Shown here: positions 44,981 to 59,720 of the stretch, piece after piece | How positions within the stretch are numbered: the first letter of the stretch is position 1 | Layout of the letters: each line of letters begins with the position of its first letter | Source: Schmidtea nova | Lineage: Eukaryota | NCBI GenBank assembly: GCA_044892505.1 | Contig: CM097884.1 | Location: 11,346,001 to 11,410,000 of the forward strand | Length of the DNA: 64,000 nucleotides | Direction: 5' to 3' | Program-made: the position numbers and the translations under genes | Notes under the pieces: generated by a model | What the model was told of the DNA's origin: nothing | The model's input: only the letters and a program-made list of their open reading frames with translations | Databases searched by the model: none

Positions 44981-46642
44981 TTCTTATTAAGTTAGACGCG
45001 TATTTATTGTAGAGTATTCCACGCAGATTTGTGATCTGATTTCTATGTAGGTGTATGATGTCGGGACGATCAACCACTTGTTGATCGGTGCAATTGACCG
45101 TGTTGAACTCATTGAACGGTACCTTGGTTATTGTTGATCATTCGCTGTTGATATTATTTAAGAATTGTTTTCAATCATTCAGCTAAATTATCGCACATTT
45201 CTATTGATTTACTGATATTAGTTTTATTCTACATTTTCTGAATTTCCATATTTATCCTCGCCATGCACACATCATCATCCTCCCTCCGATTCACACACAC
45301 CTATCAATGATCATCGCTCTTTAGGGTGATTAGGTTCCGAACCCAGTAGTTCCTAGTTTATTTATGAAATTTTCACGTATTGTCTACTCCAAATTTGCTG
45401 GGCCACCCCATGTCTTGAATTCTGTCAACTATAATGCCCATTATCGGTTACATTCATATTATCTGAAGTACGTTCGACGTGACGATTTACGACATCCCAT
45501 GTGCACTCTCTTTCCCGATCGATAATTAGTTATTAAACCTAGGGTCCCACCGCATCAGCATCTCATATGAAAATATGTTGTGCCGAGAGGCTGAGAATCC
45601 CGTCAGATCTTTAGACCTTCGGGACGATCCTTATAGATTTTAATATTATAAGGGTTTAATTCAAGAATAAACAAAATGGAATATACCTTTTATTTCAATG
45701 CTACCTTCTTGTTGACAATTTTTCACAAAGTTACAGTTATCCGGTTGTGACTAAATTTCACACTCAGTAAATTGACTTGGTAAAAAGTGACCCTCATACT
45801 GATTTCGCTTCAGTATTTATACTAAATTGGTGTTGTTGGCCGGTCAATCAGAATCGAACATGTGTACATTTATTGCTAATCATTTATGTTCGTCGGTCTT
45901 TCTATGTAATTCAATTCAGTAAGTTGTTTATTCAATCATGCGTGAATCCTTTGTTAATATTTGTTTTATTTTAGATTCTCGGTGATGTCCGCCCACGTCC
46001 TGTCATATTTTCAGATTATCTGTTTTTCGCATGGGTGAGTTTTTATTGTTATTGTTATTTTGATTTATTCTTTTGTTGTTTTTAGGTTCTGCCGCGTATT
46101 GTTGACTATTTGATGATCGTAATTTATTTTGTTGTTGTTTTTAGGTAAATTTATTTTATTAATTCTATGTTATTTTTTAGATGATTGCTGATTTGCCTGG
46201 CCCAACACTAATAACCCACCACCAGCAATTGAAAAAATAAATCAAGTGTCTTTAAGTTCATAAATACCTTTGAAACATTATATTTTAATAAACAATATTA
46301 CTAAATTTTACTTTTAATTGTCCATTCTCTTTTTTGAGAAATTTTTAATTTTAAAAATTTTTATCCAAAGTAAGAATTTTAAAGATAACATTGTACATTA
46401 TTTTAATTTAATTTCAATTATTTTTAATAAAATTTTATTCCACTAAAATTTTCATGTAATAAAATATTATTTTCACTAAAATCTATAATTTTAAAACAAT
46501 TAAATATTTTCTCTCATTATATAGTTTTGTTTTACTTTATCTAGTGGCCATTTTGTTTCGTGTTAGTAATAAATTTATAAAATATTTTTGTGAGTTAACA
46601 ATTAGATAAAAAATTTTAATTTTCTTTTGAAAAAAGTAGATA

Positions 46643-47090
46643 ATGTCTGGACGAGGAAAAGCACGTAAACAACCTGGAGGTAAGCGCCAGACAAAAACCC
46701 AAAAAGCCGGCCTAGTTATGCCTGTAAGTAGATTACAAAGGTATCTTAAAAAAGGACGTTATGCTCAAAGAATATCTGCAGGAGCAGCAGTTTATATGTC
46801 AGCTGTAATTGAGTATTTAGTGGCTGAAGTAAACGAATTGTCAGGGAATGCTGCAAAAGCCAACAAAAGGTAAATTTAAAACTCCATATTTGTTATATAA
46901 TATTTCCAATTATTCTAGACGTACAATTACTCCTCGCCATATCATGTTGGGAGTGAGAAACGACGCAGAATTGAACGAGTTATTAAAAAATGTCCATATT
47001 AGCTCAGGTGGAGTCCTTCCATGCATTCACCCGTCTTTGTTGAAAAAGAAAGGTGAAACAACGCCCGCTGCAACTAAGCAAGCGTCTTAA
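46643..47090 (+). CDS. H2A: Divergent histone H2A variant, two exons (46643-46869, 46919-47090), 132 aa
   Basis: MSGRGK...[17 protein letters not shown]...[15 protein letters not shown]; 49-nt GT-AG intron (46870-46918) restores [13 protein letters not shown]...[12 protein letters not shown]. Confidence 0.95.
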
Positions 47091-48969
47091 AACACGTTAC
47101 CCGGATGATGGGGAGTGTTTTATAGTTTTTATTATTATGTCGATGTATTTGTTGTTTCATTGTATATTTTATACACCATAATAGCTCTTGTTAGTAATGT
47201 TTGGATACTTTTTAACTGTATGTGTTTGTTTGTGTCTGTTTGAATTAATAATTACTAATTTTGATTAAATAAATTAATATGTTTGTTTATTGATAATAAT
47301 ATTATATACTTTGATTAGGGATGTTATAATTATTTAATGCCTTGTCTTATTTATATTTAATGTTGTGTGATTATCTATGTAAAAATTTTGTAATACTGAA
47401 TATTTTGTTATTTTTATAAATTACAAAAAGTATGACAAAGAAAACTCGTTTTACTTATTAATTGCTATATTATATATGGAATATTTATAATTTGTAAATT
47501 ATTGACTAATTTCATTAGTTGACATAATTATGGTATCTAAGCATTTTTAGTTTAGGTAATTGAAGCCATTTTAAAAATTCATATTATCTTATTACATAAG
47601 AAATTTGTACTTAGTTGCTTCAGCTATTCGAAATTGTAGCATATCAATCATTAAATTTATTTTATAACAATTTAATGTTCATTAAACGATCGTCATAGAT
47701 ATTCTAACTAAGTGATAGAAAACCGTTAATGTAAATAAATTTATTGTAGCCAATTAAAAAATATTAGATTGAAATTTTATGATTATTTGCGACTAGATTG
47801 AAGCCTTATTTCATTTCTATTGTTATCTTTGGCATAATACACGGTATTTAATACAAAATGTGTTTTAGGTCTAGATGGTTTTTCAAAAATAATTTTAAAA
47901 TTATTAGTACATGCTTTCATTTGTTGATAACTTTGGTGGATATGGAAACTCGATTATGTTCCACTGTCCAACAGAAATACATTATTACTGAACTTGCTTT
48001 AAGTTCTTGTAATCCTACTGTCATTGGCATTGCAAACCATCCACTTTATTTGGATTAAAGGTTGTTTAAAGTCGAGGTGAATATTTTCAAATTAAGTTAC
48101 TAGAAATGGTACAAAAAAGGAATTAACTGCTAGCAATTTTAAAAATTAAAAGTAAAATTACTTTTTACTTCGAAACAATTCTTCTAGTTACCCAATTTTA
48201 AAAAACTGTTGGAGTGATAAGGGTTGTTTTTAAATTATTTTTGTTCTCTAGGTATTACTATAGCTCAAACCCCATCATAAATTGTTAACTACCTCACTCG
48301 TGTACACATAGTTACTCCTTGGCAAACTATGTTGGAACTGGACATGATGGCAAGAATCTAGTGAGCTAGGTTACCAAAACTACTCACTATATTTTCTCTT
48401 TCGAGTTTCTTCTGCCGATGGAAAGACTTACGCATACGTCTACTTTACGGTTCTGTCGCATGATTAATCACTTCATTTTATTAAAAATCTGCACCCAATC
48501 ACTTATCCTGATAACATCGTCTTTCTATATAATTTAATAAAATGATAGTCCAAAGAACAAGATTAGCTGAACAAGTAAAGCTATAATGGAAAAATATGAA
48601 AATAATGTTAAAATAAAATAAATAGAAGTAATTTTCATTATTTCATTGACTGAATATTGATTCGCAGAGTTAGAAAATAAAAATCTGCTAAATATTTAAT
48701 TAAATGATCAAAAAATAATGAGGACCTACTGTGAAAGGCTGATTGTTGAATCGGACCAACTGGATTGGTATAAATTCTGACCCTAAAGAGCATAAAAAAC
48801 AGCATTTTATTTTGAGAGCTTAGAACGACTAAACCACATCTAACTCATCACAACTAAAATCCATTTTATTCTACACATTTTGGACAAATCTCTACGGGAA
48901 AATTGAGTAATTTTTAATTTTGTTTGTTATTCTATAATAATGTTTAAATGCTTCCATGATTTTATCAAT

Positions 48970-49205
48970 TGGTGGGTTGTTGATCGTCAATATGACCTTA
49001 ACGTTACTATGGCTCTCATCAACAACTCAACACATAAAACATTAGAATAACCATCTTGTTGCCCGTCACTAAGTAACGTTGGTAATGCAATAAATGGGTG
49101 GGTATTCGCAATCAGTGAGCGTCGAAAATTCGAAACTATGATTGACCGAATATCTCCTGGGTCCAAGGGCTACCGATAGAAGGTTTAATGCCCATTTTGT
49201 CCCTT
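48970..49205 (-). repeat. ~235-bp dispersed repeat, copy c
   Basis: Reverse-complement match to 14448-14684. Confidence 0.9.
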
Positions 49206-50049
49206 TTTCAATGATTTATCCATACGCATTTAAAAAAATTTTTATCGGCAATTCAACATAAACATTCTACATAACTATAAATTTATTATTACATCCAAAT
49301 AAATCATTCCGGGCATAAAAAACACTAACAAACATTCAATTTTGTTAATATTACAATTTATAATTATTAGTAGATAAAATATTTTCCAACCAAAACAAAA
49401 AAAAACTCTAATCTGCATTTATAATTAAAAAGAAATTTTTATTTGATGAATAACAGCGTTATTAATAAATTATAAAATAGTAACCTTATTTGTTTAAGTT
49501 TGCTAATATGCATAAAAAAAACAAAACGCAATTCAAATTATATATCCAAAAAAGATTAACATTTTAAATTATTTTATTTTATAACAATTTTAAAGGCCAG
49601 ACCCACAAAGAAGGTTGACATTGCCTGCAAAGACAACTCCAACATGCGCAGAACAAAAAGAAATTCCGAAACTCAATCACAGGTCAAACACGACTATCAA
49701 TTCGGACGAAAAGTTAAAATTTATAATTATTTAGGAGTGTTATTTATCTCATCAATTTTTAGAAAAACTCGAAAAGAGAATATATTGGAACCCAGCACCA
49801 CAAGAGCCGCAAAGAAAATCATTGTTGGAAGTGCCGTTCCCCAACTGTGTCAATTTTTATCAATAAATTTTTGTTGTTAATTTATTTTGACCATTAATGA
49901 ATTTGAATTATTTTCCTTTTTTTATTATAAAACAGCAATCTCTGTTAAATTAATTTATAGATATTTCAGATATCCTAGTTTTTAATTTAAAATTTTCGCA
50001 AAATACACGCGTTTGAGTCAGAGAGATACCCAGCTACATTTTAAGAATA

Positions 50050-50480
50050 TATAATATATATAAACCGTTTTTCTGTATAAAGGGGGTTATTAATGAATTC
50101 AATGGGTTATTGTAAGTATAGGTATATAAACTATAGGAATTTTATGATACTGGACGTTATAGTTTACCAGTAGACAATTTTATGTATTCGTGTATGGGTG
50201 TTGTTATTGAAATGGATAGTCTAATGATGAAATGCGAATGCCTGTACAAATTCTGGACGTATGATGCAGACAACTGTTGTGAATGAATTTCTTGTGTGGC
50301 TTTTCTGGATGTGTGATGCTACTAGATATTAATGGGTGAAACGATGTTGTATGTGTATTGTTAAATGAATGGATTTTTTTGTGGTGTTATATATGGATGT
50401 TACTAATGAATGAAATAGATGTTGTGATTTGCAAAGATGGATGTAACATTATTTTCGTGATATCGTGAGGGTATTTATAA
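50050..50480 (-). repeat. CA-rich dispersed repeat, copy 2
   Basis: Reverse complement of the 12045-12500 family. Confidence 0.65.
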
Positions 50481-51207
50481 TATAATATATATATTTATAT
50501 ATAAAATATTTTCAGAATTAAAATAATAATAATAATTCCATGCTTTATATAAGGTTGCTTTCTATATATATGTGTGTGCCACAAAATTACAAATCAATTT
50601 TTTAGTGCTTTTCTCTCAACCGATTCACTTCAAATTTTGCACACTTGCTCACTTCCGGTGACAATACATGGAAATTGATAAATTTGACCAAAAAAAGTTA
50701 ATTAAGTTAACTAAATAACAATTTGAATTTCCCCATACATTTAACAATGGACGAGAGGTAAATGTGTTGGTGTCTTCAGAGAAATTTTGCGTGTAAATGT
50801 AATATAAATTATTGTTCGAATCATCTCAAGTGAAATTTTTTTAAAATTTTTTTTTTGCTTTTTTTTGCTTTTTTATTTAATTAATTTAACTTTTAATATA
50901 AAAATAAATGTTTTGAAAAAAAATTTGAAAACAAATTTTTTTTTAAAAATTTTTTTTGAGGACACACGAAAAATGTAATATAATTTTCCCTTCTACAAAA
51001 TATAACAAAAAAAAATTTCTCAGCCAAGTGGAGTTCTGCTCGCATAAAGCATGGATTTGAAAAAAGAAATTTTTTTTGATTTACTAGTTTTTATAATACT
51101 TTCTACAAATTTTAAATTTATAATATTATAAAAATTATATAATAATATAATTTCTAATTTTTATAATGCGATAATAAAATTTTGGATTTTTAGTTTTTAT
51201 GATTTAA

Positions 51208-51208
<1 letters not shown>

Positions 51209-51246
<38 letters not shown>
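51209..51246. repeat. (TA)n microsatellite
   Basis: Direct inspection. Confidence 0.9.
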
Positions 51247-51253
<7 letters not shown>

Positions 51254-51999
51254 GTATATGAATGTTCGGAATTTTTCTTTATTATTTGTATTGTGTATGG
51301 TACTGTGCATACCGGAACCCTCCCTTATCATTATTTAGGCGCATTATGTCAAAGGATTATTTTTATTATTATTATGTCTAGTTATAAAAATTCAAATTTT
51401 TAATTTGAATTAAATAGCTTACTATAGTAATATACTATAGTAAGCTAAAGCCAATTAATTAGAAAAATTGATTTTTTCTGATGAATTAAATTTAAGTGTG
51501 TTAATCTCTCGCTTTATGAAACATTGGATTAATTCATACTGACTAGATTTCCATTGAAGTCTATGTATTATTATTATTATAATTTCTATTACGGAATTTC
51601 AAAATTATTGTCTATTGAAAATTTCTCAAGTATTTCCCCGTTTTTATAAGATTACAAAAGTCGAAAGAACCAAAATATTTAAAAGAAAATAGAAGAATTA
51701 AATAAAAGAAACAAACTAGTAGCATAGAAAAAGAAAAATTCAAGATTGAAATTTCGAAAAAAATACGACAAATACGATACAATTAAAATTGGAAAGATTA
51801 TTCTGTATATCCGAAAAGTTAAATTCAAAAGGATATTCATAAAAGAAGTATACCTGATTTATCCTCAAAGTAACTTTTAATTATTATATACGGTTTACTG
51901 AAACTATAAATTTGTTATTTTTGAATTTTTATAAGTAAATAATAAATTTTATAATAACATACTTAAATTACGTTATTTTATTGTGTATTCTATAGGGTT

Positions 52000-54900
52000 T
52001 ACACTCACACGATAGATATATAACCTGCACCCCAATTGTCCCTACAATTCATTTTCTTTGGGAGACTCTTTTGGGTCCTGACATATTTCTCATACATACC
52101 AATTCGAGACAAAAAACAACAGTTCTACCTAACAAGCGAACTTTACAACTGGTGTCAGAAGTCAACACACACACACTCGTCGTTTTTTTCAAACGTTAAC
52201 GCCTTTAGCATACCTATTATAGAGGTATAAGGATTAACGTCACTTTTAGCCGAACACAGTAGGCTATATCCTTCAGTCAAGCTCATTTTTTTCACATAAA
52301 AAGCAACATAACAAACAACAACAATACAAATCAAATGGCATCAAATCGAACAAACTCAAATACCATACAAACACCCATTGACAACAAAATACACAACCCC
52401 AACACCCAAACAACAATTATTACTACAACGACGAAAACACCCAAACACAAAGGGAAAATAGCCACTATTATTTTAACCCAGAAAACACTCACACAATTAA
52501 TCCCATGATTAACCCAATCCCAAATTTTTTTATCAACGAAGAAGGTTCGGTTCAAACATGGTTGAAACTAGCCAAATTGACATTAACCTTGAGCGGGATA
52601 ACCTCATCAAGACTAATATGCTCACAAATATTCACGGCACTCCCAAGCAATATACACAAAACAATTACGGATCAAATAGACAAAATTTTCAATTGCAATA
52701 ACCCATTTGAAAAACTGTGCGGCATATTAGCAAATAGGGACGAAACAAACAAAAAAGAAATACAAGAACCTTTCACAAACAACAGGCAAAAGGATAATAT
52801 CCAAAATAATTTTTCAAGTCCACTAAAACAGAATTTTGAGTACGTCCAAACAAAATTAGCAAACATTGACGTAAATGAACAGAGATCATGTCAAACATTA
52901 GCAACTAAAAATAATGAAACCGAAAATAAAAGGCGGACAGACATTGTCGATAAAATAAATGCAGGAGATTACCCCAGCATTATAGTACTCATGACTACAA
53001 AAACAAAATACTTAACCATGAACAAGAGGAGGAAGAAAACGAAAGAACAGAAATTAACGAAACAAACAAAATTCTTAGTAAGTTAATAAGTAAACTAGAC
53101 AAAATAGCAAATGAAAACAAAAGGTTCAAATTAGAACTAAATGAAATTAAAGAAAAGAACTTAAAACAAAATTACTGTCCAAATCAAACAGCGTATAGGA
53201 TCAATAGGCCAAAATCAAACTCAGGAAATCAACACCAAAACTTTTACAACAATAAAAACAAAGGATCTGACAATAGACAAAAATTCTGGAAACCAGAAAT
53301 TAGATTATCAAACCACGAATGGTGTTACTTCCATTGCAAATTTGGAGAAAAAGCATTCAGATGCACAAGACCATGTAGATACAACGAAAAAAACACAGAA
53401 AAATTGAAAAATTGGCCAGTAGTTGCTCCTACATTTGGCCAAACAAATACAGAAAAACTGAAAATGTTACCAGTAGTAGCACCTACATTCGACAATAAAC
53501 ATACAACTTTTTCAGTATGTTCAAATAAAATAGAATTCCTAGTAGACACAGGTTCAGTGATATCACTATTACCACATATTTTGTACAAAAATACAAAAAT
53601 CAAAGCAAACTACTTACCGCAGCCAATTGATCTAACATAAATACTTTTGGCGAACAGGATATAAACCTAACAATAAACAACAAAACTTATAAGTGGACAT
53701 TCACGATAGCCGAAGTACAACAGGCAATAATAGGAGCAGATTTCCTATCAAAATACAATTTTCTGGTCGACTGCAAAAACAAAAGACTCATAGAAAATTC
53801 AAGCACAACAAATATACAACACATCATTATATGTGAAACCAAGCCGAAGATGGACATAGGCGTTGTTTCAATAAACAATGAAAATAAAGTTCTATTTCAA
53901 CAAAATAAAACAACCCCTGAAATCAGCAAACTACTGAAACAATTCAGTGAATTAACTGAACCAGTACAATTTAGCGATGATTCAGACCACATAACTGAAC
54001 ACGCAATAATAACTAATGGAAATCCAGTACACGCAAAAGTAAGGCCACTGGATCCCAAAAAAATAGAAATTACAAAAAATATTTTCGATGAATTGCTAGA
54101 AAACAACATTGTTAAACATTCAAATTCAGAATGGTCTTCTGCTTTGATGTTAAAACAAAAAGCAAATGGTGAATGGAGAGCCTGTGGTGATTATAGACTT
54201 CTAAACAAAATCACAGAACCAGACAGCTACCCATTACCAATTATAAAAGACATAATTAACCGAATAAAGGGCGCAAAGTACTTTTCAAAAATAGATCTGC
54301 AAAAAGCATATCATCAGATCCCAAAAAGGAAAGAAGACATAAAAAAGACTGCAATAACAACACAGGTTGGAATGTTTGAATACAACCGAATGCCTTTCGG
54401 TCTACGAAATGCAGCAGCAACTTTCCAGCGATTCATGGATCAAACAATGAAAGGCAACAAAAATACAATCGCCTATTTGGACGACATATTAATAACTAGC
54501 CCAGACAAGGGAACACATTTAAACGACATAAAGAACGTGTTTGAGACATTAAAAAAGGCAAAATTAAAAATCAACGCACAAAAATGCGAATTCATGAAAA
54601 CCGAAATAAACTTCCTTGGACATACCCTAAACGAAAAAGGAACACAACCAATCGGAAACAAAATAAGCAACATTAGAAATTAGAAATTGCCAATTACCAC
54701 TAGGGAATTGAGAAGATTCCTGGGGATGGTAAACTTTTACCACTCTTATATTCCAAACTGTATCAAATTATTGGCACCACTAAATGACATAATAAAAACA
54801 AAACGAAATGTCAAAATAAATTGGACTCAACAAACAACCGAAGTATTCGAAAAAGCTAAAGAAAGCCTATCACAAGCAACATTACTTGGATATCCAGATC

Positions 54901-56480
54901 CAGAATTAGAATATCAACTAACAACAGATTGTTCAGGTTTCGCAATGGGCGCAACAATTTATCAGGACAATCAATTTGGAAAACAACCAATAGGATTCTT
55001 CTCGAAAAAACTAAAGTCACATCAAATCAAATATTCGACTTTTGACAGAGAACTCCTAGCAATACATGATGCAATCAAACATTTTCAACACTTGTTAGAA
55101 GGGCAAACTTTTAAAATATATACTGACCACAAGCCCCTAATAAATGCAATAGCGATGAAGAATCCATCGCCAAGACAAATTTTATTTCCCAATTCAATTG
55201 CACGATAAATTATGTAGCTGGAAAATCTAACGTCGCAGCAGATGCTCTATCTAGAATAGAAAGCGACATAAACTCCTTAGAATTCGAGGAAATAATAGAA
55301 ATGGAACAAATTCAACCTAAACAATCTGAGACAATAAGAAAACTTCCTACAAAACATAGCCTTCAACTTCAGGAATACAACGGAGTATGGTACGACGTAT
55401 CAAATGAAATTAACAAACGAATATTACTCCCAGAAGAATTCCGAAAAATATGTATTGAAAAGATACACACAATAAATCACCCGGGAAACAAAACAACATA
55501 CGAACTAATACATAACAATTATGTATGGCCCAACATGAGAACTGACATAAAGAATTTTGTAAAAAATTGTCCAAATTGTCAACTTAACAAAACTTCAAAA
55601 AAACTCAAAACTCATAAGGTAAATTTTCCAAGTAGCCAAGCTTTTGAGATAATTCACACTGACATTGTAGAACCACTGCCACCAAACGAGGACAACAAAT
55701 ACCTACTGACAATTATAGATAGAAAGACTAATTGGTTTAAGGTAATACCAATAAAGGAAATCACCGCCAAAAATATTTGCGAAATGATTGAATTAAATTG
55801 GATAGCTCGCTACGGCCAACCAAAAATAATTATAACGGACCAAGGCAAACAATTTGAATCCGAAATGTTCAAGGTCCTATGCAACAAATACAACATTAAA
55901 AGAAACCGAACAACAGCATACAACCCGCAATCAAATGGAAAGATTGAACGGTTTCATCGAACGCTGAAAGAAAGCATAAGAACGAAAGCCAATGACCAGA
56001 ATTGGTTAAAACAATTACCCACAATACTAATAGGATTGAGAAATTGTCCTAATTCAGCTGACAATGAAAGTCCTGCACACAAAGTATTCGGTAAATCAAC
56101 AAATTTACCATCACTGAAAACTGACAGTCAAAACAGAAAAGAAACCGAAATAAACACATCAATTGAAAACAAACCAGCGGGAATCTTAAAAAAAAGAGAA
56201 AACTATGAAATGGACGGAAAAGTAGTTCTAACGACAGACTACGTTTTAATCAAAAAGCCCTTCACCAAAGGCTTCTAACCAAAATACGAAGGCCCATTTA
56301 AACTGCTGGAAATTAACAAAAATGTGGCAACAATAATAAAAGACAACATCAAAACAAGAATCAATCTTAGAAGAATTAAACCATACCACAACAATCAAAA
56401 CACTTCAAACAACCCCACAAAAGAAAAAGCCCAGACACAAACAAAAACACAAACAAAAAAAAACGAAATAGGAAAATTGT
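52000..56480 (+). mobile_element. Element D: decayed CsRn1-like Ty3/Gypsy (gag-PR-RT-RH-INT); LTR limits unclear; no 3' LTR found
   Basis: CA-ac-TGGTGTCAGAAGT PBS at 52150; WCYFHCKFGEKAFRCTRPC, FLVDTGS, YLDD, LTTDCSG, ITDQGKQF; many stops and frameshifts. Confidence 0.9.
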
Positions 56481-57179
56481 TTTAACATGATTTTCACGGT
56501 TTTCTATCACCATCTTGCGTTTTTGTTGTGCAATAAGTTTGTTTTTATAAGAAATATAAGAAAACAGTTACAAAATATAAGAAATGTAAATTATATTTGA
56601 AGTTTCAGTTTTAAATTTTTTAAACTTCTTTTGTGTGAACTTTGATAAAAAAGATTATTAAAAAATTCATAAAAAATCATGATATTAAGCGAATTTGAAA
56701 TATCAAAATAAAAAAATATTCATGATAATAAGCGGGAAATGGATATTATGCAAGATGATATTAACCGAGTAAAAATATATTGATTTAATAGTGTTTGGCA
56801 AGTGGATTTTGAGTTTTAGTGATATTAAACGGGTCGTGATAATAATCGAGGTGATATTAAACGAGTTCACCTGTAATTAAAGATTTTTCTACGAAATTTC
56901 ATATTTGGAATTTTATAAAATGATAAAATTTTTAATATAGTAATACATTTTTTAACTTATAATTTTTCACGTTTGATATAAGAATTTCTAGGAAAATTTA
57001 TAATTTTTATAATATAATTTTCACCTAACATAGTATCCATAAGAGTAAATTTTTATTTTTATAACCAAATCTAAAAATTTTATGAAATTTATATAATAAT
57101 AAAATTTTTATTCACAAGTTTCACAAATCTAAGTAATTAAATAAAAAAAATTATATGTTAAATTAGCTTTGAAAATAAA

Positions 57180-57850
57180 CTATAAATTTTTACAAAAGTC
57201 TTCGGTTTAATGAAGTTCAAAATCAATTTTTATTCACATGTTCGAAGCATTTCTAATGATCATTGAGCTGTTTTTTGAACAAATCTTTGTAATTTTATAA
57301 TTTTATAATTCTATGAGGTTTGATATTTTATAAATCGATAATTATTCGCTTCTTCGGTCGTGATCTAAGTAATTATATTGATCTTTGAGCATCTGTTTCT
57401 AACAATTTTCAAAGGTTCAACCTCCATTTGGCTCATAAGTTCTGAGGAGATAAAAGGGTTTTTGCGAAAGCGAAGGCGAATAACGAGCTGAGTGTTTTTA
57501 TAATAATAAGTTTGATGGAAATAAAGATAACACTGGACGAATTGACGTTGATTTTCATCAAGATATAAAATCTTAATTTACTGTATGTTGTAAAATATAA
57601 TTCAAATAAAAATACATTAATATAAATTGATGATCATTAATATGAAAAACCTTGCCCTTTGCCAAGCCACTGTTCCCCAGTTGGGATGAAGTGATCATGG
57701 ATTTTTGGGCGTATCACCTGAAGTCGGAAAAATGGGCTGATCAATTACAAATCGAACAGCGATCCGCTCAGGCTACTTTCACCCGTACGGTTCAAGGCCT
57801 GAACGGATGTCAGAGGGTATGGAAGTGGCTTTAATGAAATACATAAAAAA

Positions 57851-57919
<69 letters not shown>

Positions 57920-58907
57920 AAATAACAATAAAATGATATTAGTAACTGAGAAAATGTGACGAAATTTAATAAAAGTTTGAATATAAAAAATTATAATTTT
58001 CATAAAAGAATACATAAAATATCATATAGTACACATAGACTAAGGTTAAAATAAGGAAAAATACATAGGCCGAGTAGCGAGGGCATGATTTCGCGGGCCT
58101 TTATAATTAGGAAACAAAATCAAGTTTCTTACGAATGATTCGATTCACGACCACAAATAATCTTCTTTCGTAATATTCTGGTATATTAGTAGTAAGAGAT
58201 TCTTTGTTAAAATTTCCCTGCTAAAAACCTCAAAATTTTTAGCAACAAAATTCCTCCGCAAATCATTTGCAAAATAGCATTAAATTTCTCCATTTTGATG
58301 GCGGTATTTATATAAAATTTTCTGCATTTTTAATTCCATTGAGGTATTAAAACAAATTGTTCTAGAAGGAGTTTCTAATTTTCTTGAAATTAATTTCAAC
58401 AATTTTCCGCAAAACTAAATTAATAATTTTGCATCAAATTTTCATAAAACTTTAAATAATTTCTTTTTAATCCAAAATTTTACTTTTGAATTAAAGTTTA
58501 TTCTAATTTGATTTAATTTGTTGTAATTTCGATCAAAATCATTTTCTTTTATATTTTTACAAATTATTAAGATAAAATCGTAATGTTCCTTCTGCAAACA
58601 TGCTAAATTTCCACAACCGAGGTTTTGTATCATGAATTCGATGTGTTTTTTGTCTATTCTAGCTTTTTAGACGTGCTTCTTTTAACCATTTTGATTTTCC
58701 CTTGATGTTTTGATTAAAGGACTTTAGATTAGAGTCTTGCGCGCTATCTACTTGTTAATGCACTTTGGTCCACTTTAATATTTAGGTGTGTTTTCACTTA
58801 ACTACTTCGATTTTACTTTATGCTTTGGTTAAATTAGAATCTTGCGCGCTCTCTATTTGTTGTGTTTTTGCTTCATTTAAACAATTTGCAGTTTTGGCCC
58901 AACAATA
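57180..58907 (-). repeat. Dispersed ~1.8-kb repeat, copy 2; abuts the TRIM-like element
   Basis: Reverse-complement homology to 9700-11520. Confidence 0.75.
57857..57916. repeat. (TA)n microsatellite
   Basis: Direct inspection. Confidence 0.95.
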
Positions 58908-59583
58908 TGTAGCGTAATTGAAAAAGCTACAATAATTAGGTAAAATTTATTCAATCCAATACAAATTTTAAAAAACTGGTTCTTCAAAATAATTTTTGTG
59001 ATTCTAATTTTTAATTTCTCCTTTTCTAAAATAACTTGTTATTTAAACAAGATATTTTTCTTTTTTAATAAATAATTAAATATTGTGATAAATATTTATT
59101 ATCGGAGGCATTACAATAGCCCCGGCCGAAGTACGCAGAGCGTATATGGGGTACTATTGGTGCTGGATGCTGTTGGTGTTGGCGCTGTAGATTTTGGTGT
59201 TGTATATTTTGGTGCTGTAGACTTTGGTGCTCTAGATGCTGATGCTGTAAATGCTGGTGCTGTAGATTCTGGTGCAATAGATGCTGGTGCTGTTGGTGTT
59301 GGTGCTGCAGATACTGATGCTGTAAATGCTGGTGCTGTAGATTCTGGTGCAATAGATGCTGGTGCTGATGGTGTTGGTGCTGCAAATACTGATGATGTAA
59401 AGGCTGGTGCTGTGGATGTAGATGTTGGTGCTGTAGGTACTGGTGCTGTTGTTGTTATTTCAGTAGATGCCGGTGCTGTTGGTGTTGATGCTGGTGCTGT
59501 CACTTCTGACACCAATTTTAGCGTAATTGAAAAAGCTACAATAATTAGGTTAAATTTATTCAATCCAATACAAATTTTAAAAA
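58908..59583 (-). mobile_element. TRIM-like miniature non-autonomous LTR element (5' LTR runs into the N gap)
   Basis: 3' LTR 58908-59115 (TGTAATG...CTACA); 5' LTR remnant 59517-59583 matches it; PBS TGGTGTCAGAAGTG at 59501-59514; GGCCGGGG before the 3' LTR; interior of 15-nt ACAGCACCAGCATCT-like repeats. Confidence 0.8.
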
Positions 59584-59720
59584 NNNNNNNNNNNNNNNNN
59601 NNNNNNNNNNNNNNNNNNNNNNNNNNNNNNNNNNNNNNNNNNNNNNNNNNNNNNNNNNNNNNNNNNNNNNNNNNNNNNNNNNNNNNNNNNNNNNNNNNNN
59701 NNNNNNNNNNNNNNNNNNNN
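59584..59720. other. Assembly gap (N run)
   Basis: Run of N, close to the length of the missing LTR part. Confidence 1.

Noticed and set aside
47070-47110. H2A.X identity (tail ...KQAS-stop resembles QASQEY)
   Set aside because: No SQ(E/D)-hydrophobic motif even if TAA were CAA (it would read SQNT)
47850-49880. Possible host exons or a macrodomain downstream of H2A
   Set aside because: Frames are short or interrupted, with weak splice sites and no recognisable motif
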